A stretch of 64,000 nt of DNA. Source: an uncultured Pelagibacteraceae bacterium. Lineage in GTDB: Bacteria > Pseudomonadota > Alphaproteobacteria > Pelagibacterales > Pelagibacteraceae. The position numbers and the translations under genes were made by a program. The notes under the pieces are model-generated. The model was not told the origin of the DNA and made no database searches. It saw only the letters and a list, made by a program, of their open reading frames with translations. Below are positions 40,070-49,350 of this stretch, piece by piece. The stretch's first letter is position 1; each line of letters begins with the position of its first letter. Location of the stretch: contig CACPOY010000003.1 in NCBI GenBank assembly GCA_902635685.1, positions 16,557 to 80,556 on the forward strand, written 5' to 3'.

Positions 40070-41848
40070 TCATTTTTTTAACTTTAAAGACAAGTTTAGT
40101 TCATTCAGCTGATTATCGCTTACATTAGATGGAGCATTCATCATTAAATCTTGAGCATTTTGATTCATTGGAAACATTGTTACTTCCCTTATATTTTTTT
40201 CATTAGCTAAGAGCATAACAATTCTATCAATTCCTGGGGCTATGCCTCCATGAGGTGGTGCACCGTAACTTAATGCATTTATCATACCACTAAATTTTTC
40301 ATTCACTTGTTCTCTATTATATCCTGCGATCGAAAAGAGTTTATACATTAATTCAGGTATATGATTTCTTATGGCTCCAGATGAAAGCTCTATACCATTA
40401 CAGACGATATCGTATTGATATGCAAGAATATCTAATGGCTTTTCAAAATTTATTTGATTTAGATCGCCCTGGGGCATGGAAAATGGATTGTGACTGAATT
40501 TTATTTTATTGCTCGCTTCATCTTTTTCAAACATTGGATAATCAACTATCCAGCAAAAAGCAAAAGTATTTTTATCAATCAATTTTAAATCTTCTGCGAG
40601 TTTATTTCTGGCTAAAGAAGTAATCTTTTCTACTTCAGTTTTTTTTTCACATGCTAAAAAAATGCTATCGCCTATTTTTGCTTTAGTTTTTTTCATTATC
40701 TCTTCTAAAGCCTCTTTAGAAAAAAATTTTCCTATTGGACCTTTTGCTGAAACTCCTTCCTCAAATGTAAAATAGGCTAGTCCTGAAGCACCTTGTTCTT
40801 TAGCCCATTTATCAATACTGTCAAAAAAACTCCTTGGTTTATTTTTTGTGTTATGAGTAATAATACATCTTACTTTTGATCCAGATTTCACAAGTTTTTT
40901 AAATAAGTCAAAGGATACATCATCTCTAATAAAAATTTCAGTAATGTCATTAATGATTAATGGGTTTCTTAAATCAGGTTTATCACTTCCATATTTCAAT
41001 AGAGCCTCAGAGTATGAAATTTTAGGAAATTTATCTTTTATAATTTTTTTGTTAGAAAATTTTTTAAAAGTGTTAAATAATAATTTCTCGACTACTTTGA
41101 AAACATCTTGTTGTTCAACAAATGACATCTCTAAGTCTAATTGATAAAACTCTCCAGGACTACGGTCAGCTCTAGCATCTTCATCTCTAAAGCACGGAGC
41201 AATTTGAAAATATTTATCAAAACCTGAGACCATTATTAATTGTTTAAATTGTTGTGGAGCTTGCGGGAGAGCATAAAATTTTCCTGGATTTAATCTACTC
41301 GGTACAAGAAAGTCTCTTGCACCCTCTGGACTTGACGAGGTTAGGATGGGCGTTTGAAATTCTAAAAAACCCATTTTATTCATTTCATTTCTTATAAATG
41401 AAATTACATTAGACCTAAGTAAAATATTTTCGTGAATTTTTTTTCTCCTTAAGTCTAAAAAACGATATTTTAATCTTATTTCCTCAGCATATTCTTGTTC
41501 ACTAAAAACAGGCAATGGTAACTCTTTGCATTTGCCTAAAATTTCATAACTTTTAATCGAAACTTCTATTTCACCAGTATCAATTTCTTTATTAATCGTT
41601 TCAGATGACCTATCAATTACATTTCCATTAATCTTTATTACTGTTTCTAATTGAATTTTTTCAAGATCGTTAAATTGAGGATTTTTTTTATCAATTATAC
41701 ATTGAGTAATTCCATAATTGTCTCTTATATCTATAAAAAGTAAATTACCATGATCACGCTTTTTATTAATCCAGCCTGACAACAAAACATCATTACCTAC
41801 GTCTTTTTTTCTTAAAGCGTTACAATTATGACTTCTATATTTATTCAA
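40070..41848 (-). CDS. aspS: aspartate--tRNA ligase
   Basis: YRSH.C, RDHG..LF.D.RD, PEGARDF, YALPQAPQ, CFRDED.RADR, PPHGG.A.G.DR. Confidence 0.97.
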   Translation of the reverse strand: MNKYRSHNCNALRKKDVGNDVLLSGWINKKRDHGNLLFIDIRDNYGITQCIIDKKNPQFNDLEKIQLETVIKINGNVIDRSSETINKEIDTGEIEVSIKSYEILGKCKELPLPVFSEQEYAEEIRLKYRFLDLRRKKIHENILLRSNVISFIRNEMNKMGFLEFQTPILTSSSPEGARDFLVPSRLNPGKFYALPQAPQQFKQLIMVSGFDKYFQIAPCFRDEDARADRSPGEFYQLDLEMSFVEQQDVFKVVEKLLFNTFKKFSNKKIIKDKFPKISYSEALLKYGSDKPDLRNPLIINDITEIFIRDDVSFDLFKKLVKSGSKVRCIITHNTKNKPRSFFDSIDKWAKEQGASGLAYFTFEEGVSAKGPIGKFFSKEALEEIMKKTKAKIGDSIFLACEKKTEVEKITSLARNKLAEDLKLIDKNTFAFCWIVDYPMFEKDEASNKIKFSHNPFSMPQGDLNQINFEKPLDILAYQYDIVCNGIELSSGAIRNHIPELMYKLFSIAGYNREQVNEKFSGMINALSYGAPPHGGIAPGIDRIVMLLANEKNIREVTMFPMNQNAQDLMMNAPSNVSDNQLNELNLSLKLKK

Positions 41849-42511
41849 TTAATCTCCTAGTGCCTCTTTAATGATCTTAAAATCAATAGATTTTTTTTTT
41901 TTTAAACTTAATTGATCAATTGTATATATGAAATCGGATATATTGCTATAAGATCTATCTATTCGTTTTATTATGTAATCAATTAATTTTTTATCAATAT
42001 ATATTTGTCGATCTGATAAATTTTTTAACACTAAAGCAAAAATTAAATCATCGTCAGGGCTTTCAATACTCGTAAGCATGAAATTTTTTGACCTTGACTT
42101 CAAATCAGGAAGTTTGAAGTTCATCTCAACAATTGAAACATCAGAAGTTACTATTAAACTTTTGTTTTCGGCTTCAACAATATTTATTAAACTATAAAAC
42201 AATTGTTCGTTAATACTAGTTGTTATGTCTTCTATAATAATATTTTTATAAAACTTAATTTTTTTTAAAAATTCATTATTTAATTCATTTTGATTAATTT
42301 TAAGACCTTTATTCTTTTCTAAAAAAATATTAATAAGATGCGATTTACCACAAAATTTTTCACCAATAATATTAAGAAATTTTTCTTTTGTCATTGGCCA
42401 ATTATTTATCAGATTAAAAACATGAACATTACTTTTTGAAACGTAAAAATCTAAATTTTTAAAATTTTGTTCATGGTTAAAACTCAAAATTAATTGATTA
42501 AGATTACTCAT
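41849..42511 (-). CDS. DnaA regulatory inactivator Hda-like protein
   Basis: QLIL.F, DFYVS.SN, G....GKSHL, LPDL.SR, RI.RS; conserved position upstream of purM. Confidence 0.8.
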   Translation of the reverse strand: MSNLNQLILSFNHEQNFKNLDFYVSKSNVHVFNLINNWPMTKEKFLNIIGEKFCGKSHLINIFLEKNKGLKINQNELNNEFLKKIKFYKNIIIEDITTSINEQLFYSLINIVEAENKSLIVTSDVSIVEMNFKLPDLKSRSKNFMLTSIESPDDDLIFALVLKNLSDRQIYIDKKLIDYIIKRIDRSYSNISDFIYTIDQLSLKKKKSIDFKIIKEALGD

Positions 42512-43575
42512 TTTAAAACCCAAATCTTATTTTTTATATCCAAATTATAACCCGATCTCTTCATTTCAGTAATAAATGCTTGAGGAGTTCCGTTGAAAAC
42601 TATCTTATAATAAACATTAATTTTATCTAACTTAAATACATGAAAAGAGGATACTAAATTAAATTTTTTTATTTTTTTTTCAAAATCTTCAATTTTTTTT
42701 TCATCAAGAATATTAATTGCAATCGTCAAAGGTAATTTAATCGAGGTATTGATTTGATTTTCTCTTTTCCAATAATCTTCGTAAAGCAATTTTAATTCCT
42801 CGATAATGTTTGATACATCTTTGTTATTAAAGTTTTTAAAAACTTTATTATCCAAGACTATTTTATCAGACAACTTTATTTTAGATAAAACTCTTAAATC
42901 AGTGCTATTTTTATACATTAAAGCAATTATATATTCATCTAAAAAATATTTATTAACTATTGCTTTAAAATCATAGTCTTCTAAATATTCATATTTGGAT
43001 TTTATTATTTGAATATCGTCTAAATCATCTGTTGGTAAAATATAGATCAATTGATTTTGATTGTCATTATTAACAAACCAATTTTGATGAAATTTATTTT
43101 CTGAAAATAAAATAATATTTTTTTTCTCCTCTTCAATTACTACCGGAATAAATAAAACCTTTTTTTTCTTTGGTTGAGATGGAAAAATATTTTTTTTTTC
43201 TAAAAAAGAAAATATTTTTATTTTGTTAAAAGACACATCTAAATTTACATAATAAATATTGTCAATAAACTTTTCTTCTTTAATTGAAAAATTATCTATC
43301 ATTCTTTTAATATCAATCAGAGGTAAATTTTTTAATTCAAAATGATCTTTTGATTTTGTAATATTTAAAATTAACTTGCGATAAGCAATTATAAATCCTT
43401 CATCTAATACGTCTGTTCTCTGAAAATTCATATTGAATTGCTTTGAAATTTCAACATTTTTAATATCAAAGTTTTCTGCATAAGAAAAAGTTGTGGAAAA
43501 AAAAATTTTTAGTAAAGTCAATGTAAATATAATCGGATATACAGTTGATTTGATTAATAATATTTTACTTTTCAT
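42508..43575 (-). CDS. conserved exported protein (DUF2066-like)
   Basis: N-terminal hydrophobic segment; F.I..E......Y...L.V.F pattern; divergent from purM as in other alphaproteobacteria. Confidence 0.65.
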   Translation of the reverse strand: MKSKILLIKSTVYPIIFTLTLLKIFFSTTFSYAENFDIKNVEISKQFNMNFQRTDVLDEGFIIAYRKLILNITKSKDHFELKNLPLIDIKRMIDNFSIKEEKFIDNIYYVNLDVSFNKIKIFSFLEKKNIFPSQPKKKKVLFIPVVIEEEKKNIILFSENKFHQNWFVNNDNQNQLIYILPTDDLDDIQIIKSKYEYLEDYDFKAIVNKYFLDEYIIALMYKNSTDLRVLSKIKLSDKIVLDNKVFKNFNNKDVSNIIEELKLLYEDYWKRENQINTSIKLPLTIAINILDEKKIEDFEKKIKKFNLVSSFHVFKLDKINVYYKIVFNGTPQAFITEMKRSGYNLDIKNKIWVLK

Positions 43576-43589
43576 ATATATGAATTTTA

Positions 43590-44618
43590 ATGAATAAAAA
43601 AAATTTAACCTATAAAAAAAGCGGAGTAAATATTGCGGCTGCTGATAAATTCGTAAAATTCATATCATTATTAAATACAAAAGATAAAGGCAAAAAAAAG
43701 TTCACTAATATTGGTGGGTTTGGCTCGATTACAAATATTCCTAAAAATTTTAAGAAACCAAAGATAGTAGCTTGTACTGATGGCGTTGGAACTAAATTAG
43801 AAATAGCAAATTTACTCAACAAATTTGACACTATTGGTATTGACTTAGTTGCAATGAGCGTCAATGACCTTATTGTACAAGGTGCAAAACCTTTAATATT
43901 TTTAGATTATATATCTATTAATAAAATCACAACTTCGAAATTAAATTCAATTATTAAAGGTATCTACAAAGGTTGTAAAATTTCTAATTGTGAATTAGTA
44001 GGCGGTGAAACCGCTGAAATGCCAGGTACTTATGAAAAAAATAAATTTGATATTGCTGGGTTCGCAGTTGGATTGGTTGAGGGAAAAAAAATTTTAAAAA
44101 AAGATAAAATTAAAAAAAATGATTTAGTTTTAGCAATACCTTCTAGTGGACTTCATTCTAACGGCTATTCACTCGTAAGATATATATTAAAAAAAAAAAA
44201 AATTGACTTAAGAAGAAATAATAAATTAAAAAAAGATTTATTAAGACCAACAAAAATTTATGTTAATGAAATTCTTAAACTCAATGATAAGGGTTTAATT
44301 AATGGATGTGCGAATATAACGGGTGGTGGTCTAGCTGATAATTTAAAAAGAATTATTCCTAATAATCTAAGTGTTGAAATTGATCTCTACAAAATAGTAA
44401 CTCCTAAAATTTTTAAGTGGATAAAAAAAAATAATGTCTCTAATAAAGAAATGCTTAAAACATTTAATTGTGGTGTTGGTTTTTGTATAATAATTAATCC
44501 AAGAAACCTAGAAAAAGTTCAAAAGTTTTTTACAAAAGAATATAAACCATATGTTATTGGTTCAGTTACAAAAGGACTTAATAAAATAAAGTTACATGGC
44601 AATATTAACTGGAAATAA
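43590..44618 (+). CDS. purM: phosphoribosylformylglycinamidine cyclo-ligase
   Basis: TY..SGV.I, TDGVGTK, G.DLVAM.VND, GGETAEMPG, SSGLHSNGYS, ITGGG. Confidence 0.97.
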   Translation: MNKKNLTYKKSGVNIAAADKFVKFISLLNTKDKGKKKFTNIGGFGSITNIPKNFKKPKIVACTDGVGTKLEIANLLNKFDTIGIDLVAMSVNDLIVQGAKPLIFLDYISINKITTSKLNSIIKGIYKGCKISNCELVGGETAEMPGTYEKNKFDIAGFAVGLVEGKKILKKDKIKKNDLVLAIPSSGLHSNGYSLVRYILKKKKIDLRRNNKLKKDLLRPTKIYVNEILKLNDKGLINGCANITGGGLADNLKRIIPNNLSVEIDLYKIVTPKIFKWIKKNNVSNKEMLKTFNCGVGFCIIINPRNLEKVQKFFTKEYKPYVIGSVTKGLNKIKLHGNINWK

Positions 44619-45177
44619 AAAAATCAAAGCTGCAGTTTTTATTTCAGGAACAGGAAGTAATTTAAAAAATCTCATTCAATTTTCAAAAAAAAAAAAGTCA
44701 CCATTCCTAGTTAAATTGATAATTTCTAACAATTTAAAATCAAAAGGTTTGAGATTTGCGAAAATATTTAAGATAGAAAAAAAAATTTTTAAATTTAAAA
44801 AAAAAAGTTTAGATGAAAAAAAAATACTTAAAATTTTGAAATTTAAAAGAATAGATTTAATCTGTCTAGCTGGATTTATGAAAATTTTATCAAAAAATTT
44901 TATAAAAAATTTTAAAGGCAAAATATTAAATATTCACCCATCACTTCTTCCCAATTATAAGGGTCTTAATACACATAAAAGAGTTTTATTAAATAAGGAG
45001 AAATATACTGGGTGTACAGTACATTTTGTTTCACCAAATCTAGATTCGGGAAAAATAATAATGCAAAAGAAAATAAAAATTAAAAAGGATGATACACCAA
45101 AAAAACTTGCTAAAAGGGTTTTAATTGAAGAACACAAACTTTATCCTAAAGCAATATTAAAAATATCTAAACTTTAA
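44596..45177 (+). CDS. purN: phosphoribosylglycinamide formyltransferase
   Basis: ISG.GSNL, LAGFM.IL, NIHPSLLP, GCTVH.V...LD.G, EH..YP. Confidence 0.96.
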   Translation: MAILTGNKKIKAAVFISGTGSNLKNLIQFSKKKKSPFLVKLIISNNLKSKGLRFAKIFKIEKKIFKFKKKSLDEKKILKILKFKRIDLICLAGFMKILSKNFIKNFKGKILNIHPSLLPNYKGLNTHKRVLLNKEKYTGCTVHFVSPNLDSGKIIMQKKIKIKKDDTPKKLAKRVLIEEHKLYPKAILKISKL

Positions 45178-45577
45178 AAAAAAAGTCTATTTCTACCTTC
45201 GCATTATCAACACTATCAGAGCCATGAACAGAGTTTTTATCAATAGAAATACCATATTTTTTTCTAATAGTGCCATTTGCTGCATCTTTTGGATTAGTTG
45301 CACCCATTAACTCTCTATTATCTAAAACTGCATTTTCTTTTTCAAGCACCATAACCACAATCGGCCCAGATGATAGATAAGTACATAAATCATCATAGAA
45401 TGGTTTAGTTTCATGAACTTTATAGAATTTCTCTGCTTCAGACTTTTCTATTTGAATTTTTTTTTCTTTTATTATTTGAAAACCCTTATTTTTAAAAATT
45501 TCTTTTATTTCATTATCCAAACTTCTTTCTACAGCATCTGGTTTTATTATTGATAATGTTTTCTCTAAATTACTCAT
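45167..45577 (-). CDS. ndk: nucleoside diphosphate kinase
   Basis: TLSIIKPDAV, SGP, MGATNP..A..GTIR, N.VHGSDS. Confidence 0.97.
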   Translation of the reverse strand: MSNLEKTLSIIKPDAVERSLDNEIKEIFKNKGFQIIKEKKIQIEKSEAEKFYKVHETKPFYDDLCTYLSSGPIVVMVLEKENAVLDNRELMGATNPKDAANGTIRKKYGISIDKNSVHGSDSVDNAKVEIDFFFKV

Positions 45578-47027
45578 AATAATCTTCAATAAGTTGATTT
45601 AACAGCCTTACTCCATAACCAGTTGCTCCACCTGAATTTAATGCACCTCCATATTTGGAGAATGCCATTCCAGCAATATCCAGATGAGCCCAAGGTGTTT
45701 TATTTAAGATAAATCTTTGTAAGAACTGAGCAGCTGTTGTGGATCCTGCTCCTCCAACATAATTTATATTTTGCATATCTGCATTTTTAGAATTAATCAA
45801 TTTATCAAAGTTTTTACTTAAAGGCATTCTCCATAGTTTTTCTTGAACCTTATTACCTACATCAATTAATTCTTTCGATAATTTGTCATTATTAGAAAAA
45901 AGTCCTGCATACTCTGAACCTAAAGAAACTATAATCGCACCTGTTAAGGTTGCTAAATCAATCATGAATTTAGGTTTAAATTTTTTCTCAGTATAAGTGA
46001 TGGCATCTGCTAAAACTAATCTGCCCTCTGCATCAGTATTTAATATTTCTATAGTTTTGCCACTATAGGATTTAACAATGTCACCAGGTCTTTGAGCATT
46101 TCCACTTACCATATTTTCCACAAGTCCAACAACTCCTACAGCATTAATTTTTGCTTTTCTTATAGCTAAACTTTTCATTAAACCTACTACCGCAGCCGAG
46201 CCTGCCATATCATAAGTCATATCTTCCATAAACTTTGCTGGCTTAAGAGAATAACCACCTGTATCAAAACATACTCCTTTACCAATAAAAGCTAATGGCT
46301 GGGAATTATTTTTTGCACCTTTCCATTCTATTGTAACGAGATATGATCCTCTTACACTTCCTTGACCAACTCCAAGCAAAGCATTCATCCCTAATTTTTT
46401 TAACTTTTGTTCATTGTAAATGTTTACCCTTAAACCATTCTTCTTAAGATATTTTAACCTTTTTGCATATTCATCTGGATGTAAGATATTTCCAGGTTCA
46501 GAAACTAAATCTCTCGCGAAAAAAGTTCCTTCTTCTAAAGCTTTAAATTTCAATTTTTGTTCAGCCTGAAATTTATTCTTATTTCCAATTACATTAAGTG
46601 TTATTAATCGTATTTCATTTTTTGATTTATATTTAGTAAATTCATAAGATTTTAATTTTAGTCCATGAAGAAAATAACCTATAAAATTTTTAAGTTTACC
46701 AGAAAAACTATCAGAATTTATAAAGTACTGACTATTTTTTCCATAGTTTACTATTTTATAAAATTCCGCTCCTAAAGTTTCTGCATCTGAAAAAGTAATA
46801 TCTTTTTTGACTGAAACTAAAACAATTTTTTTTTTTGAGCTTAATTCAAAAATAAGTAGATTTTTTTTTAGATCACTTGTTTTTAATAAGTCATTAATAT
46901 AAAAATACTCTGACTTTGAAATATATTTTTTAAGAGGATTTAAATTAAATTTATCATCCGTAAATAGAACTAGATTATGTGAGATTTTTTTAAAACTAAT
47001 GTTTTTATAATTTATCTTTACTGTCAT
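45570..47027 (-). CDS. pepA: leucyl aminopeptidase (M17)
   Basis: GKGV.FDTGG..LK, DMAG.A, NTDAEGRL.LAD, DLATLTGA, W.HLDIAG. Confidence 0.96.
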   Translation of the reverse strand: MTVKINYKNISFKKISHNLVLFTDDKFNLNPLKKYISKSEYFYINDLLKTSDLKKNLLIFELSSKKKIVLVSVKKDITFSDAETLGAEFYKIVNYGKNSQYFINSDSFSGKLKNFIGYFLHGLKLKSYEFTKYKSKNEIRLITLNVIGNKNKFQAEQKLKFKALEEGTFFARDLVSEPGNILHPDEYAKRLKYLKKNGLRVNIYNEQKLKKLGMNALLGVGQGSVRGSYLVTIEWKGAKNNSQPLAFIGKGVCFDTGGYSLKPAKFMEDMTYDMAGSAAVVGLMKSLAIRKAKINAVGVVGLVENMVSGNAQRPGDIVKSYSGKTIEILNTDAEGRLVLADAITYTEKKFKPKFMIDLATLTGAIIVSLGSEYAGLFSNNDKLSKELIDVGNKVQEKLWRMPLSKNFDKLINSKNADMQNINYVGGAGSTTAAQFLQRFILNKTPWAHLDIAGMAFSKYGGALNSGGATGYGVRLLNQLIEDYYE

Positions 47028-47140
47028 ATTCAAAATTTCTTAAAGATTTATCTTTTTTTTGAAATAAATGATTTTTATCATAATTTTTTTTACAATCTAT
47101 GCGTGATAATGTTATATAAGTGTTAATACTTTTAAATTCA

Positions 47141-48262
47141 ATGAAAAAAACAATATTTAATAATCTCTTTAATGAAGTCATTCTTTTTTTCTTTATATGC
47201 TCATTAACACTCACGTTAATTGTATGGATTATTCAAGCTGTAAATTTTATAGATATTATTTCAGAAGATGGACATAGTATAACTACTTATTTTTCCTATG
47301 CTATTTTAAATATTCCAAAAATATACAGTAAGCTTTTATTGTTATCTTTTTTCCTTTCTATCTATTATATTTTAGGAGTTTATGAGGATAAAAATCAATT
47401 AATTATTTTCTGGATAAATGGAATAACAAAAGTTGAATTCTTAAATAAATTAATATTTCTCTCATTACTTTTTGCAATCTTTTCTTTAATATTATCTTAT
47501 TTAGTTGTTCCTTTCACTCAAGATAAGGCCAGATCGTTTATAAGAGACTCAAATCTTGATTTTTTCCCTTCATTAATAAAACCCAAAAAATTTATTGATA
47601 CAGTTGAAAATTTAACAATTTTCCTAGATGAAAAAAAAAATGATTCCATGAAAAAAATATTAATAAAAGACTCTAGTATTGCAGGTGGTTCTCAACTAAT
47701 AATCTCTAAATCTGGAAAAATCATTGGTAATGAAAATACCAAATATCTAAGTCTTAATGATGGAATAATAATAAATTATGGTCAAAGTAAAAAATTAACC
47801 TCTTTTAACTTTGAACAATCAAATTTTAATTTGAGCAAATATAAAACGAAAACAACTATTACTCCTAAAATTCAGGAGACAAAAAGCGGCACAATTATAA
47901 AATGTTTAAGAAATCTTAAATCTGATGTAAATAGAAAAACTTTAATTGACAAATTAAATTGTGAAAAATCATTCATTAAAAATTTAACACAAGAAATTTA
48001 TAAAAGAACTATTTTGCCGTTATATGTTCCAATATTATGTATAATTGCATCTTTAGTTGTACTTAAGTCGAGTAATAATGATAGATTTAAAAATTTTAAA
48101 TTAAAAATATTTCTGAGTGGAATAATCATTATAATTTTCTCACAAATTTCAATTAATACAGTAAGTGTTAATACACTAACTGCTATTATTACTTTATGCG
48201 TGCCATTTATTTTATTATTCATTTCATATTTATTTTTTTTAAATAAAAACAAAAAATTTTAA
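47141..48262 (+). CDS. lptF: LPS export permease LptF
   Basis: YjgP/YjgQ topology (3 TM, periplasmic domain, 3 TM); first of the pair, divergent from pepA. Confidence 0.8.
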   Translation: MKKTIFNNLFNEVILFFFICSLTLTLIVWIIQAVNFIDIISEDGHSITTYFSYAILNIPKIYSKLLLLSFFLSIYYILGVYEDKNQLIIFWINGITKVEFLNKLIFLSLLFAIFSLILSYLVVPFTQDKARSFIRDSNLDFFPSLIKPKKFIDTVENLTIFLDEKKNDSMKKILIKDSSIAGGSQLIISKSGKIIGNENTKYLSLNDGIIINYGQSKKLTSFNFEQSNFNLSKYKTKTTITPKIQETKSGTIIKCLRNLKSDVNRKTLIDKLNCEKSFIKNLTQEIYKRTILPLYVPILCIIASLVVLKSSNNDRFKNFKLKIFLSGIIIIIFSQISINTVSVNTLTAIITLCVPFILLFISYLFFLNKNKKF

Positions 48263-48267
48263 TCAAG

Positions 48268-49350
48268 ATGGTTTTTAAGATATATCAAAAATACCTTATT
48301 AAAGAGTTTACACTTATAGTATGTAAAATCACTTTTATTTTTCTAATTTTAGGATTAATAATGGGATTACTGGAGGAAATAAATTTTTTTTCAGATTTTG
48401 ACGTAAAATATTTCTATCCGATTTATTTAGTTATTTTAAATGTACCTTCATTAATATACGAAATTTTCCCTTTTATTTTTTTACTATCCTCACAATTTTT
48501 ATTTTTAAAATTAATTGATAACGGTGAGCTTAATACTTTTAAAAATAATGGTTTAGATAATTTGAAAATTTTAAAATTAATTACTTCTGTTTCACTAGTA
48601 ATTGGATTTTTTATTGTGGTGATATTTTATAATTTGTCAGCAATTATGAAATTTGAATACCTAAATATAAAAAAAAATTTTACAAAAGATAATAAATATC
48701 TAGCAACTATCACTGAGAATGGCTTATGGATTAAAGATGAAATTAATGAAAAAATAAATTTTATTAATGCTAAAAAATTTACAATTAATTCTTTGGGTGA
48801 TGTAGATATAATTGAACTGAATAAAGATTTTGAATTTCAAAATAATATCAAAGCAGAAAATGTTGATATAAAAAAAAATAATTGGAATCTTTACGGTGTT
48901 AAAATTATTGATAAAAAGAATAGTATAAAAACAAAAGATACAATGAGTTTTTTATCTAATTTTAATTATGAGGAAATAAGCAAACTTTTTTCAAATCTTG
49001 CTTCACTTACAATATGGAATTTATTTGAATTGAAAAAAAACTATATTTCAATCAATTATTCCACCACAGAAATAGACTATCATCTACAAAGAATTATTGC
49101 CTATCCTTTTTTAATTACAATAATTACTGCATTATCTGCGATTTTGATGTTAAATTTAAATTTTCAAAAACCTAAACTTTTTTTCATCGTTATAGGGATC
49201 CTGCTTTCAGTTATAATATATTATATAAATTTCTTTTTTGGAACTTTGGGAAAAAATGAAAAGATCCCATTATTAGTCTCAATATGGACACCAATTATAA
49301 CTTTGAGTATAATTTCTTTAATAGGAATAATAAGAATAAATGAAAAATAA
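48268..49350 (+). CDS. lptG: LPS export permease LptG
   Basis: YjgP/YjgQ topology; NGEL..F...G, GLWI.D, G.LG....IP..VS.W.P. Confidence 0.82.
   Translation: MVFKIYQKYLIKEFTLIVCKITFIFLILGLIMGLLEEINFFSDFDVKYFYPIYLVILNVPSLIYEIFPFIFLLSSQFLFLKLIDNGELNTFKNNGLDNLKILKLITSVSLVIGFFIVVIFYNLSAIMKFEYLNIKKNFTKDNKYLATITENGLWIKDEINEKINFINAKKFTINSLGDVDIIELNKDFEFQNNIKAENVDIKKNNWNLYGVKIIDKKNSIKTKDTMSFLSNFNYEEISKLFSNLASLTIWNLFELKKNYISINYSTTEIDYHLQRIIAYPFLITIITALSAILMLNLNFQKPKLFFIVIGILLSVIIYYINFFFGTLGKNEKIPLLVSIWTPIITLSIISLIGIIRINEK

Noticed and set aside
47005-47214. 69-aa minus-strand ORF between pepA and lptF
   Set aside because: It overlaps both flanking genes and spans the divergent promoter; low-complexity AT-rich sequence.
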